A stretch of DNA of 64,000 nt from the NCBI GenBank assembly GCA_951406725.2, contig OX597818.1, positions 84,754,001-84,818,000 on the forward strand, read 5' to 3'. The DNA comes from Octopus vulgaris. Taxonomy: Eukaryota. The position numbers and the translations under genes are program-made. Positions 51,747 to 64,000 of the stretch are shown one piece after another. Under the pieces are notes generated by a model that saw only the letters and a program-made list of their open reading frames with translations, had not been told where the DNA came from and made no database searches. Every line of letters starts with the position of its first letter. Positions within the stretch are counted from its first letter, which is position 1.

Positions 51747-52309
51747 CATATGAGTATGCGTATATTTTGTATATATGTATGTCTGCATTTATACATGCTT
51801 AGTGTGTGACTGTTCGTGTATGCACGCGCATGTATATGCGGTCGTATATATGAAGTTTTTCCCAGTTTGTAATAATCCAGTACGGATATATAAAATTAAT
51901 ATAAATGTCAGACACTTAAATGAGTAGGGAATATGTACGCTAAACGTCTGTCTTGTTCAGTGTGCATTTCCCTGATTGTATATTTGTATGTGCATGTGTG
52001 TATGTGTGTGTGTGTGTGTGTTGTGGGTGTATATGCGTGTGTGTATATGTGTGTTTGCCATTGAGTTTATGTATGTGCGCCCGTATGTCTCTGTCTTTGT
52101 GCGTGTTTATTTGTGTCTATGTGTCTATCAGTGCGAATGGATACGTGTTTGTATCCGTTTTTTTTTTGTTGTTTTTTCCTTTCTTAGTATATTATTATCC
52201 TGCGTGCACATATGCTATAAGAATGTAACAAAAATATGATATCGACTCTGTATAAAACGAACACCTGTTCCGAAGCTTTGGGGTCTCGTTTTTATTGTTT
52301 GTCGTTTGT

Positions 52310-52612
52310 TGCTGTTGTTGATGTTGATGATAATGATGATGATGATGATGATGATGATGACGACGACGACGATGTCGACGATGACGAAAATGGTGTCAGT
52401 GTTGGCGCTGGTGATACTGGTGCCGGTGGTGGTGGTGGTGGTTTGACGGTTATGATGTTGCTGAAGGTGAAGGTGGTAGTGGTGTTGGTAGTGGTGGTGG
52501 TGGTGGTGGTGGTGGTGGTGGTGGTGGTGGTGGTGGTGGTGGTGGTGGTGGTGGTGGTGGTGGTGGTGGTGGTGGTGGTGGTTTTGGTAGTGGGTGTAGT
52601 AGTGGTGGTAGG
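52310..52612. repeat. (GAT)n/(GGT)n microsatellite cluster
   Basis: Direct reading. Confidence 0.9.
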
Positions 52613-52813
52613 GAACTCTTGTAACGAGTTTCTTTAATTGCTAAATGGCTTCAAGAAGTCAAAACTGCTGCTGTTGTTGCTGCTGCTGCTGTTGCTGACG
52701 CGCGCTTCTGTATGTGTGCGTGTACGCGCGTGAATGCCTCTGTGTGCATGTGCACCTGTCGGTAACTACGTAATGGCAATAACATGCTGTGTACATATGT
52801 CGACATACACACA

Positions 52814-52879
<66 letters not shown>

Positions 52880-53226
52880 GTTCAGTTTGATGATTCATTC
52901 TGTTGCAACGTTGAGTTTCCCGCCTCAGTACGATCGTTCAGTCGGCAAAACGAACACAGAAAGCCGGAAAAAATCTGAGTACCGACGAGTGAATCATCGG
53001 CATCGAATGAATAATTAAACTGCCTTTTGTACACCCAAATGCACACAAATATAGATATAAATAAAATATAAATGAACGTGCGAATATATATATATTTGTA
53101 TGTATATATGCACGTGTATACATATGTGTGTTTGTATGTATGCATGTATGTATATGCATTAATATATATATGTACGTACATATTCATATATATTGCAAAT
53201 AAATATGCAATACGATCATGCATATG

Positions 53227-53277
<51 letters not shown>

Positions 53278-53429
53278 TTGCATACATATAAATACACGCC
53301 TACATATACATGGATATAGACACGTAAGCATATATGCTTACATGTATGTATGTAAATGTATATGTATATATATGTGTGTGTGTATGTGTGTGTATGTATG
53401 TATGTATGTATACATAAATATATATATAT

Positions 53430-54254
53430 ATATATATATATAAAACTCAACTTGTGTGTATCTGTGTGCGTGTCTGTGTGTTTAACTTCCCGGCACATCT
53501 CCTCCTAGCCAACAAATCGTAGAACCACCAAAAATGGGTCACTAAAAGTTTAGGCGAATGAAAATTGAACTGCGCTATTTCTGTTCCGAAATTCATCTCG
53601 CAACTGCAAAAATCGATAATGTGTTTGTTGAGGCCTTATCCCATGATTTGAACAGTGAACTTTACTCAGTCAGCTGTTTGATGTGAACTGTGTTCACCAC
53701 GCGTGCAAGCATTCGAAAATTGCATGGAAAAATAAAAAAAATCAAGATATAAAAACGAATCGCCGTAAACATTGTAGAAATTCGGCAAAGAATTGAATTT
53801 TCGGGATGTAGCCTGGTTTTTCGTATTAATCGTTTGGACTTTGTGAACACATACCAATTGTTTTCATAACATTTTTAACGCTTTGAATTAAATGTGACCA
53901 TTTTGCGTTGAGTCTGCAGTTTGTATCACTTTAACCAAATTTTAGCAGGCCGGATCTTTGATCATCACGATACATCGCCAGCGACTCCCTGAAACTCTCC
54001 CCTGAAATCCCCGTTGAGAAATACTGATCTAAAAGAATAATTCAACAATGCAATTATTTGATCAACAAAAATTTATGAAACGCTTCTACGTACTTCCTAT
54101 TGAGGAAATGGAACACATAGGCGCAAAAATAGAGGGCATTAAATGCTTGATTTTAAAACCAAAATAATTGAATTTTGATTGAACTTCATCCAAGTTTAGC
54201 TTAATTCGCGCGTGCATAGAACGCACGAGCGCACGAACCGGGCGATACTGCTAG
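53430..54254 (+). mobile_element. Probable non-autonomous Helitron
   Basis: 3' end GCGCGTGC..GCACGAGC hairpin followed by CCGGGCGATACTG-CTAG|T; 5' TATATAAAACT...TGTCTGTGTG pattern. Confidence 0.5.
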
Positions 54255-54261
54255 TATATAT

Positions 54262-54576
<315 letters not shown>

Positions 54577-54629
54577 AATATATACATATATATACATGCA
54601 TACATATATTTATACATATATATATAAAT

Positions 54630-54713
<84 letters not shown>

Positions 54714-55250
54714 GGAGTATACAAATTTATCTACAATTATGCAACTCTACATGCAACAGCATCATATGACATTTTGTTGGGAAAACGCTCATTTAAAGGA
54801 ATATTAGGAACCTTTGTATGTTCAGAGTGCAACCAGTTGATGTGGCTTTTGTCAATTAAATGATCCTCGGTACATTACTGGTATTTTATGCTATTAAAAT
54901 ATAAAAGAAAGATCAGGACTAATTGAACCTGTCGCATTTAAACTCAGAAGATATAGTGACGTAACTAAATACCATATAACATTTTGTCTGGGTCTTTAGC
55001 TAACGCTTCTAACATCAATAATAATGATAAAACGATAGAGTTCGGTATATCTTTAAAGTAGAACGAATTATCGTGGTACTTATTTGCTTAATTGATGAAA
55101 TATATCTGCTAGAAAGCAAATCAGAAGATAACTGTCAGTTAAGCCTTTCCTCCTTTCATACACAAAATTAAATAAAATATCTATTTGACTATCTATCTAT
55201 TTGTCTATTTATCTGTCTATCTGTCTATTTATCTCCAGACAGCCAGTTAT

Positions 55251-55298
<48 letters not shown>

Positions 55299-55459
55299 TT
55301 ATCTATCTATTTATCTATCTATCTACCTATCCATCTACCTATCTGTCTGTCTGTCTATGTATCTCTATGTATCTCTATGAGGCTCAAAATAAAAATCGTG
55401 ATCAACCAAACCAATATAAACGTTTTAGACGTTACTTTATACCTGAGCCCCTGTTCTTA

Positions 55460-56760
55460 AAGACCCTACCGCGAACCAAACGAGAGACTTTCCTACATTA
55501 ACAGAGCCTCCTCCTACGCGCCCATTTTGGTCAGGAACCTAGTGATGGGTATCAGCAAGAGAATCTTGGACCTGTCCTCAACTCGAGATTTTCGACGCCA
55601 CAGACACTTTCTACAACGAGGCTCTGGCGTCCAGTGGGTTTAATGAAGAATATTCCTTATATTGATGGACAAATGCTTGACACAGTCACACAGATACGGG
55701 CGTTTATTTAATAGGTACAACTTAATGGTGTGCTTCAGTTGGGCGTCCAGCATTAAGAAAATTTTAGTTTGCACCCCTAAGTCACGAGCAGAAGCAGCAT
55801 CCTCGTGTAGGATATACAATAACTGCCCAGTAAGGAGAAGATAGAAGCCGAGGGGTTTGTGTATGAAGCTAAGGTGGTAGCCTCCACTGGCAGCCAGAAT
55901 AACTGCCCAAGCAGCAACGGCACATCCGTCGACAACAACAACGACAGCGGTGACGGTGCTGTCGATAACAGCGAATCAAACAGCAGGCAACAATACCAGC
56001 AATTACGACGGCAGCAGCAACACTAAATTTGCAACCGGAAATAGCTGCTACGTCAGCAGCAACGGAACCACCAGGAATATCAGCAAGGGCAGCAACTCCA
56101 GCAACAACAACGGGATTAGTAAAAGAGACATCAGAGGTGGTAGCACAATCAATACACAGATAAGAGAATATGGCAGTTCAAATGCATCCCCTTTTAAGCA
56201 ACATCTAAACAACCACAAGTTATCTTTTAGAATACCGGAAAGGAGCAATATCTTGTCCCTGGCCAGCTACTTATGGCGATTAAAAGATGAAGAAAGCTCA
56301 TATAGATTTAAACAAAATTTCCTTAAAGACTTACATAAACGGGAGCAAACGATGAAAGCTTCGCTTGGCAGAAAGGGCAAGAATCCTAAAAAAGACTCGC
56401 TTGACGCGGGCACCTTTTTAATTCCATGCCCACATCTAAACTCAATGCTCACATCTAAAACGTTTCCTTCTACAAACTTTGAATTTCTTATTCGTTAAAT
56501 AGACCCGTCGCAGCTCCTTCGAATATCACAAGGGCCGGAGGCAATGTGCGAAGGATAACCCCGACTGCACAAAGGGCATTTATATTTTTCGTTTATATTT
56601 TTCGTTTATAAACCATATGGCAGTTACATATTTCTTCCTTTAGTTGTAGAGAGGTTATGCGCCTTGAGCCATTTGAGTTTAACGGGTCGCCTATACAGCT
56701 AAGCGCTTCATAGGTGCAGAAACAATGGTCACTCTATGGCAGGCCATAATTTTGACTACC
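55460..56760 (+). pseudogene. Old PLE 3' remnant (thumb/linker + GIY-YIG + degenerate hammerhead at 56675-56734)
   Basis: PYREPNERLSYINRASS..ILVRNLVMGISKRILDLSS; CRIYNNCPV; FVYEAKV; FKQHLNNHKLSF...SLASYLWRLKDE parallels the ORF at 32922. Confidence 0.7.
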
Positions 56761-56832
56761 TGAAAAATATATTACTCCTGTCATGCTTTAGAGTGTTCTT
56801 TTCCTTTTCGGATATATGAACTACTGTCGATG

Positions 56833-56914
<82 letters not shown>

Positions 56915-57029
56915 TACGTACTTACATACATATCTATATGCATATAGATATCGAGCCCAGTACTTGATTTAAACGGCTAGGTTACGGGTATCTAAACACA
57001 CCATCAGCCAGTGGTCACACACACTCATA

Positions 57030-58278
57030 ATGGGTCATCCCATAAATAATGCGGTTTTTTTATACTTTGTTTATTTTTCAAAATTAAGATGAACAAAGTT
57101 CTTTTTTAATCTAAAATAATCTAAAAATTTTCTACAATGCTCTTCCATCAATCTGGTAGACTTGCAAGGCCCCTTTTCCGAAATTCACTCCTCTAGTACT
57201 GTTCTAACCTTGTCTACAAAATTCATATTTTTTGCGTCCAAATGATTTTGAAGACTGTGGAATAAATGATAATCAGATGGGACAATGTCCGGCGAATATA
57301 GTAAGTGGAGCATTGTTTCCCATTCAAACTGCTCCTGCCTTTGGAATGTCATCCTCGCAATATGTGACCGAGCATTATCTTGATGAAAGAACACCTTTCG
57401 TCCTCAAACCGAAGATGGCCGTTTTTCTTCTAGCGCTAAGCTGCTCGAGCTGCTCGCAATAGATCTCTTTTGTTATCGTTTGTTTTGAGTTTAAAAGTTC
57501 AAAGTGTACTAAACTTTTCATATCCCATCAAACACATAACAACACCTTACGTGAGTGAAGACCTTCTTTTGCCTTGGGAGCCGGTGTTTCTCCTTTCCCT
57601 ACCCACTGTCTTCGGCGCTTAACATTTTTATAGAGAACCTATTTCTCGTCATCAGTTATTATTCGGTCCAATAAGGGATCATTCATTAGACGTGACAGCA
57701 AAGAAGAGTACATATTCACTCTCTGCGCGTAATCAAACTTGAGAAGTTTGTGAGGAAACCATTGACCCAATTTTCTGAGTTTTCCGATCGCATGCAGGTG
57801 TCCATGAATGGTTGAATGACCAAATCAAAGCTTCTCTGCTAGTTTCTCAGCAGTTACTATGAGATTTTGTTCCACCAGGGTTCGTAGGACATCCTCGTCG
57901 AGCTATACAGATCTTTCAGAACGTGGCTACTCTTCTAGGCTAAGAATTTCTGGAACCACTGCTGACACTGGCTTACGCTTATTGTCCGATGCCCATATAC
58001 TGCATTAACATTCCTTGCACTTTCCGCAGCGTTGTCGCTTTTATTGAACCTATAAAGTAAAATATGCCGAATATGCTCCTTAGTCACTTCCATTATAGCT
58101 TTGAAAAAATAACTGTTAAAATATAATTGCAATCTTCAAAACTTGCACTAAGAATAAGTACAAGGTAAAATTACTACCTGCTTTTATAGCAAGTCGATGT
58201 TGGTAGTTTATCTCGTCCTCCTCTGACTTTTGGTTCATGCAATTGAAAAAATACCACATTATTTATGGAATGACGCAA
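57030..58278 (-). mobile_element. Full-length decayed mariner transposon
   Basis: TIRs ATGGGTCATCCCATAAATAATG / CATTATTTATGGAATGACGCAA with TA flanks; EHIRHILLY, FHQDNARSH, YSPDIVPSDYHLF motifs. Confidence 0.95.
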
Positions 58279-58308
58279 TATATGTATATGTATGTATGTA
58301 TATATATA

Positions 58309-58353
<45 letters not shown>

Positions 58354-58371
58354 ATATAATTATACTTATAT

Positions 58372-58710
58372 ACGACGGACGTCTTTCAGTTTCCGCCTAC
58401 CAAATCCACTCACAAGGCTTTGGTCTGCCCGAGGCTATACCAGAAGATACCTGCCCAAGATGCCGCGCAATGTATGTATATGTAGATGTATGTATATATG
58501 TATGTATGTCTTCATATCTTTGTTTGTCTCTCACACCGCTTGACAACCGTTGTTTGTGAGTTTACGTCCCTGTAACTTAGCAGTTTGGCAAAAGCGAGTG
58601 ATAGAATAAGTAGTAGACGTAATAAAATCAAAATAAGCCCTGGGGTCGATTCATTCGACTAAAAACCCCTTCAATGTGGTGCCCCAGCATGGCCATATTC
58701 AGATGAGTGA
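58372..58710. mobile_element. Two SINE family A pieces in opposite orientation
   Basis: 58372-58470 is the 5' half on the minus strand; 58510-58710 is the 3' half on the plus strand. Confidence 0.7.
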
Positions 58711-59521
58711 AGCAAGTTGGAGGTAAAACACATGATATCCCAACACAAAAAAACTTTCTTAGCAACAACAAGGCAGCCAATTAGAAGACAATGGTTGAAA
58801 AAATCCTGTGGTCTACTCATTCGCTGATATAAAAAATAAGCATCAGGATACATTTTAACATTAATAGGTATGTACATTCATACGTGTTAGGGCACATGGC
58901 CTAGTAATAAGGGTGTTGTCCTTACGATCGCGGGATTGTGGTTTCAGTTCCTAAACCTGCTAAGGGGTTGTGTGCATTTTTTAAGCAAAACCCTTCATCT
59001 CACGTTGCCCTACGATCACCTCATTATTTGACGTGTGGCTCACCATACACCTGTACGAGCAACATCAACTTGATGGCGTCAGTGAGATAATGCACACCAC
59101 ATAGATCTGTTCACTTTAAACAGAGTGGAGTACCATCTTCCTTCGAATACGAGAACCTACATTATATTTAGGTACATATATGTGTGTGTGGGTGCGCGCG
59201 CGTGCATGCATGTATATGTGTGTCACGCCTCAATTCAACTCTCGTAGTAATCTCCCTCTAACAACCAACTCCTACTACCGCTCATTTCAGCATCCGATGA
59301 TTGTCCAAGAGAGACATGTTTGTTCTGTTATGCAAAGAGCTTATGCGTATGCGCTAAACGTAAGAGACTTTTACTTCTATTTTTCCTTCGCGTAAGCCTT
59401 ATACATTCTGTTTCTTTTTATGTCATTTTCTTATTTATAAGAACGTGTGTATATCTAGTTATCTCACACATGCTTTATCCCTTTCTGTACCTCCTACTCT
59501 CCCTATTTATCTCTTTCTCTC

Positions 59522-59582
<61 letters not shown>

Positions 59583-59678
59583 ACATTTTCTTTTGTTTTT
59601 TTTCCGAGCTTTATTTACTTTCATACTTGAAAATGATAGCGTTTCTAAATAAAAACAAAAACTAAATGAAATAAGAAC

Positions 59679-59908
59679 GTGTGTGTGTGTGTGAGTGCGT
59701 GCACACGCATGCATGCGTGTATGTGTGTGTGTGCGTTTGTGTGCGTTGAGGAAACTATCATGATTCTATGATGGTGCTATGTGTGCACATGTGTGTGTGC
59801 GTGTGTGTGTGTGAGTGAGTGCGTGCATACGCATGCATGCGTGTATGTGTTTGTGTTGAGGAAACTATCAGGATTCTATGATGGCGCTATGCGTGTGTAT
59901 GTGCGTGA

Positions 59909-59946
<38 letters not shown>

Positions 59947-60045
59947 GTGCGTGCATACGCATGCATGCGTGTATGTGTATATGTGCGTTTGCGTGTGTTG
60001 AGGAAACTATCATGATTCTGTGATGGTGATATGTGTATGCATGTG
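59679..60045 (+). repeat. Three-unit minisatellite: conserved core with variable (TG)n/(AG)n spacers
   Basis: TTGAGGAAACTATCATGATTCTATGATGGTGCTATG-like core at ~59746, 59856 and 59998. Confidence 0.85.
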
Positions 60046-60099
60046 TGTGTGTGTGCATGTGTGTGTGTATGTGAGTGTGTGCGTGTGCGTGTGTGCATG

Positions 60100-60137
<38 letters not shown>

Positions 60138-61065
60138 TCTTTGCCCTAAACGAACATACAACGTTCGATTGTACGATAGTCGATAAACAACAATAACCAA
60201 ATAGTAGTTTGGCTGTGCAAACTTAACACTTCGAGTTTTTTTCCATCTGCAATGACATTGAGACCTGTCATGTGGTGACCGGAAATATATTGCTGACCAC
60301 GACTACAAGAACATACAGAAAAAGAGTGCCAGCAACATATCAAATTGATCGGCTGTCTGTCTGTGCGTCTGCCTGGCTGGCTAACTGGCCGGCTGCTGGG
60401 CTGGCTGGCTGGCTGGCTGGCTGGTTGGACAGATCACTGACTGCTTTGGTTTCACCGAGTAACTTAACATGGAGTCTTCATCATCAATTGACGTCGCCAT
60501 CTTCATCATCGTCAACCGTTTCGTTCGTTTATCGATTTATCGTTCCTGTTGCCCGTTTTTTTTTTCCTTTTCTTTTCTTTTTTGCTTTTGCTTCGTGGTT
60601 ATGTTTATTTTCCGCTTATTATTTTTTTCTTTTAGTTTTTTTCATTCTATTTTCCCGTTTTTTTTTTCCTTTTAATTTTTACCCCACTGCCGCCGACTGC
60701 CAACGATTAACTCTTCAAACACAAAGGCAAACGATAGGTAGGCCAGTCACTAACGTGAACAAATAATGCTTCCGACGCCGTTTCTGTGTGCATTGTTTTT
60801 CATTACACTGGGGCTTTTTGTTGTTATTTAATCATTTTTTTCTAATTTTTACTTATTTACTATTATTACTACAGTTTTGTTTTACCTTACTTTTTTCTTT
60901 CTTTCTTTTTTTCTTCGAGGCAAAGTGCAAATATTTCAGAAGTAAACGTTTTCTAAGTGCTGATATCGTTTCTATACACACACACACACACACACACATA
61001 CACACAAAAACACACACACACACATACACACACACACGAACACACACACACAGACATACACACAT

Positions 61066-61097
<32 letters not shown>

Positions 61098-61486
61098 GCA
61101 TTTATATATATATATGTGTGTACGTGTGTATATATATGATATATATACACATCCACACACATATATATATATATACATATGATATATATATACACACAAA
61201 TATATATACACACACATGTAAACGTACAAATATACATATGTGTGTGTGTTTCTATATTTATGTAAATGTATGATTGCCTAAGCATGCCGACGTATGCATC
61301 AGCATTCATACATGTATATACATATATACACAACAATATTTTTGCGTACAGGTAAGCACAATCGCACACAAATAATTATATACATGCACACCTATATATG
61401 TATATATATATGGGTATCAATGCAAGTATACATATATGTGTGTGTATACATATACATATATATGTGTATGTGTTTGTATGTGTGTG

Positions 61487-61525
<39 letters not shown>

Positions 61526-61841
61526 TTGCTTGTACTGGTAGGTATATGTGTGTACGTGTGTGTGCTGTGCGTTTGTGCGGAGGTACGTATAAAGAAACAC
61601 GGAGACAGGTGAACAAATGCAAGAAAGGATAACTCATCACTAGTACTTGCAGTTGTGTGTAATAAATAACAGTCAGGTTCAATACAGTTTCGTAGGCATG
61701 GTTGAGTCTACATGTATGCTTGTATGTATCTGTATGCATACACACGGGTGCGCGCACACACGCACACATACACACACACTTATAGATAAATAGATCGATA
61801 AAGAGATAGATAATGTGTATATCTATCATCTATCTATATAA

Positions 61842-61876
<35 letters not shown>

Positions 61877-62014
61877 AATGTGTGTGCTAGGTCTCTTGTT
61901 TCGGTTGAGGTCTTCAGTGCTGATGATGTGGTTGGTCCACCTTGGTGTCCAAGATGCGTTTCAAATTACAAAGGTGAAAGAGCTGAGGCGCCGCCTCTGT
62001 CTAGCGTAGTGATT

Positions 62015-62660
62015 CTACGTGCCTCTGCCGTAAATTAGCATACTTAGGACGCACGCCTTATAGACAGCAATTTTAGTGTTTGCAGCCTGTTTTTTGCTTT
62101 CCCAAACTCTCTTTGTGAGCCTGCTAAATGTGAAAGATGCTTGTCCGATTCGCCTATTGATATCAGGATCCAGGGAGAGGGCATCAGCAATGGTAGAGCC
62201 GAGATATATATATTGATAGACTACCCTCAGCTTGTAGTTGTTGGTGGTGATAGTTGGGGTGTGCTTGACACTTTGACCTATTACTTTGGTCTTCTTCAGA
62301 CCGATAGTCAGGCTGAATTCCTGACAGGCCTTTGAAAGTTTGTCCACGAAGTGCTGCATTAGCTCTTCAGAATCCGCTTTCCGTGCTGCATCATCTGCGA
62401 ACAGCATTTCTCTGATGAGCACCTGGCGCACCTTTGATTTTGCTTTCAGCCTTAACAGGCTAAAGAGTTTGCCGCTTGATCTGGTGTGGAAGTAAAACAC
62501 TGTCAGTCGATGTTCCAAATGCATGTTTCAGCATGACTGCAAAGAAGACGACAAATAGGGTGGGGTAAGTACACAACTCTGTTTCACGCTACTACATGTG
62601 TTGAATGCCTCCGAAAAAGAGCCATCAAACAGAATGACGCCTTCCATCACCTTTCATGAA
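62015..62660 (-). pseudogene. RTE LINE RT fragment (inverted 5' segment)
   Basis: MEGVILFDGSFSEAF..SVKQSCVL, REMLFADDAA, YIYLGSTI, YKACVLSMLIYG. Confidence 0.9.
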
Positions 62661-62930
62661 CAGCAGCGTCCTTTGTGCTGGCTCAGTTATGTTTATCACA
62701 TGTCAGAGGAAAGGATCCCAAAAGACCTCCTGTATGGGGAATTGGCCACCGGCACAAGAGCACGAGAAGGATCTCATCTTCGTTTCAAAGACGTCTGTAA
62801 AAGGGATATTAAGTCGCTTGTTCTGGACGTCCCGAGATGTGAGGAGGTTACAAATGATCGCCCATACTGGAGGCAAATACTGCGAAAGCGAGTGAAGAGA
62901 GCGGAAGGAAAATATGAAGACGCCATTATA
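62653..62930 (+). pseudogene. RTE LINE 3' segment
   Basis: QQRPLCWLSYVYHMSEERIPKDLLYGELATGTR...RFKDVCKRDIK; same family as 44450-45320. Confidence 0.9.
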
Positions 62931-62940
62931 TAGATATCTA

Positions 62941-63504
62941 TACAGGGTATTAAATTTTTACAAATTTCACTACCAGTGGCCTATCATGTATAAAAAGTCA
63001 ATAGACGACATATCATTCAATATAAAATGATGTACATTTAAACACAAAGAGAAATTACCTATAACAGGCAATTTCTATACACTAGGAGACAGTCAAAACG
63101 ACCGAAAACCACAAAATTTAAGCAATTTCAAAAGGAATGAAATGATAAAAACTTTTACCTTGTTTTTACGGTTATACCTATAGGTTTCGGATTTTTTAGC
63201 AAATAAAATAATTTAAATTTAATTCACTAGGCAAATCCTCATCAGTAACCGAGCCATCCAAGACTAGCCTATAATTATGAGACCAATAGCACGTGTCTCA
63301 TCTTTATATGTTATAGTTTTTTCAAAATCCACCATTTTGTGGTTTTCGGTCGTTTTGACTGTCTCCTAGCGTATAGAAATTGCCTGTTATAGGTAATTTT
63401 TCTTTGTGTTTAAATGTACACAATTTTATATTGAATAATATGCCGTCTATTGACGTTTTATACATGGTAGGCCACTGGTAGTGAAATTTGTAAAAATTTA
63501 CTAT

Positions 63505-63510
<6 letters not shown>
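62941..63510. mobile_element. MITE with ~175-bp TIRs in TA context
   Basis: 62941-63117 is the approximate reverse complement of 63334-63510. Confidence 0.9.
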
Positions 63511-63596
<86 letters not shown>

Positions 63597-64000
63597 ATGA
63601 TTCTTGGATGGAGTTAATAAACATTTAACGTATCGCAACGCACGTTTCCACAAGTCACATGTCTCTTAATATCACAGTTCGTATTCCTGGGATGATTGCA
63701 GTGCAGTTCGTAGTTTCTGTGGGTATCGGGTTGGTCATCTTCGTGGATTCCTTTCTCGAGGCGATATAACATTAATGGTTGTACAGCAGAGGGATGTTTA
63801 TCCCTTTTTACCTGTATGAAATTTAAGCGGGTTATGTGTGTGTTTCTGTGTGTATTTATGTGTGGGGAGGAGGGGAAGGTGATGGAAAGAGAAGAAGGAA
63901 TAGTATTTATACGGGGATGAATGTGTGTGTGGTGGTGGTGGACTTATTTTGCTATTCATTCAGCAGATGTTAAGAATGGGTAGCACATACTTTTGTTTGT

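Noticed and set aside
59679-60045. CRISPR-like array
   Set aside because: Eukaryotic context, spacers are microsatellites, no cas genes
63610-63815. Minus-strand 52-codon ORF after an acceptor-like TTTCATACAG
   Set aside because: No recognisable homology; stop codon immediately after the acceptor in that frame

Overview
This is AT-rich, microsatellite-saturated animal non-coding DNA. The SINE families and repeat landscape strongly suggest an octopus genome (inference). No host protein-coding gene can be supported, and most ORFs in the track are translations of simple repeats. The window is a patchwork of mobile DNA: tRNA-derived SINEs, two full-length decayed mariners, a deleted maT/DD37D-like element, MITEs, a probable non-autonomous Helitron, RTE-clade LINE fragments (two with 5' inversions) and at least four kinds of Penelope-like element (PLE) remnants. 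Two patterns stand out. (1) A recurring 'inverted repeat + short tail, nested in (TA)n' architecture spans 30 bp to 4.3 kb and repeatedly carries minimal type I hammerhead ribozyme motifs, including a 200-bp palindrome with two back-to-back hammerheads. (2) Two divergent but homologous ~2-kb retroelements encode only an ORF1/gag-like protein, and each is bounded by its own 14-15 bp target-site duplication. All coordinates were read by eye; no database searches were run.
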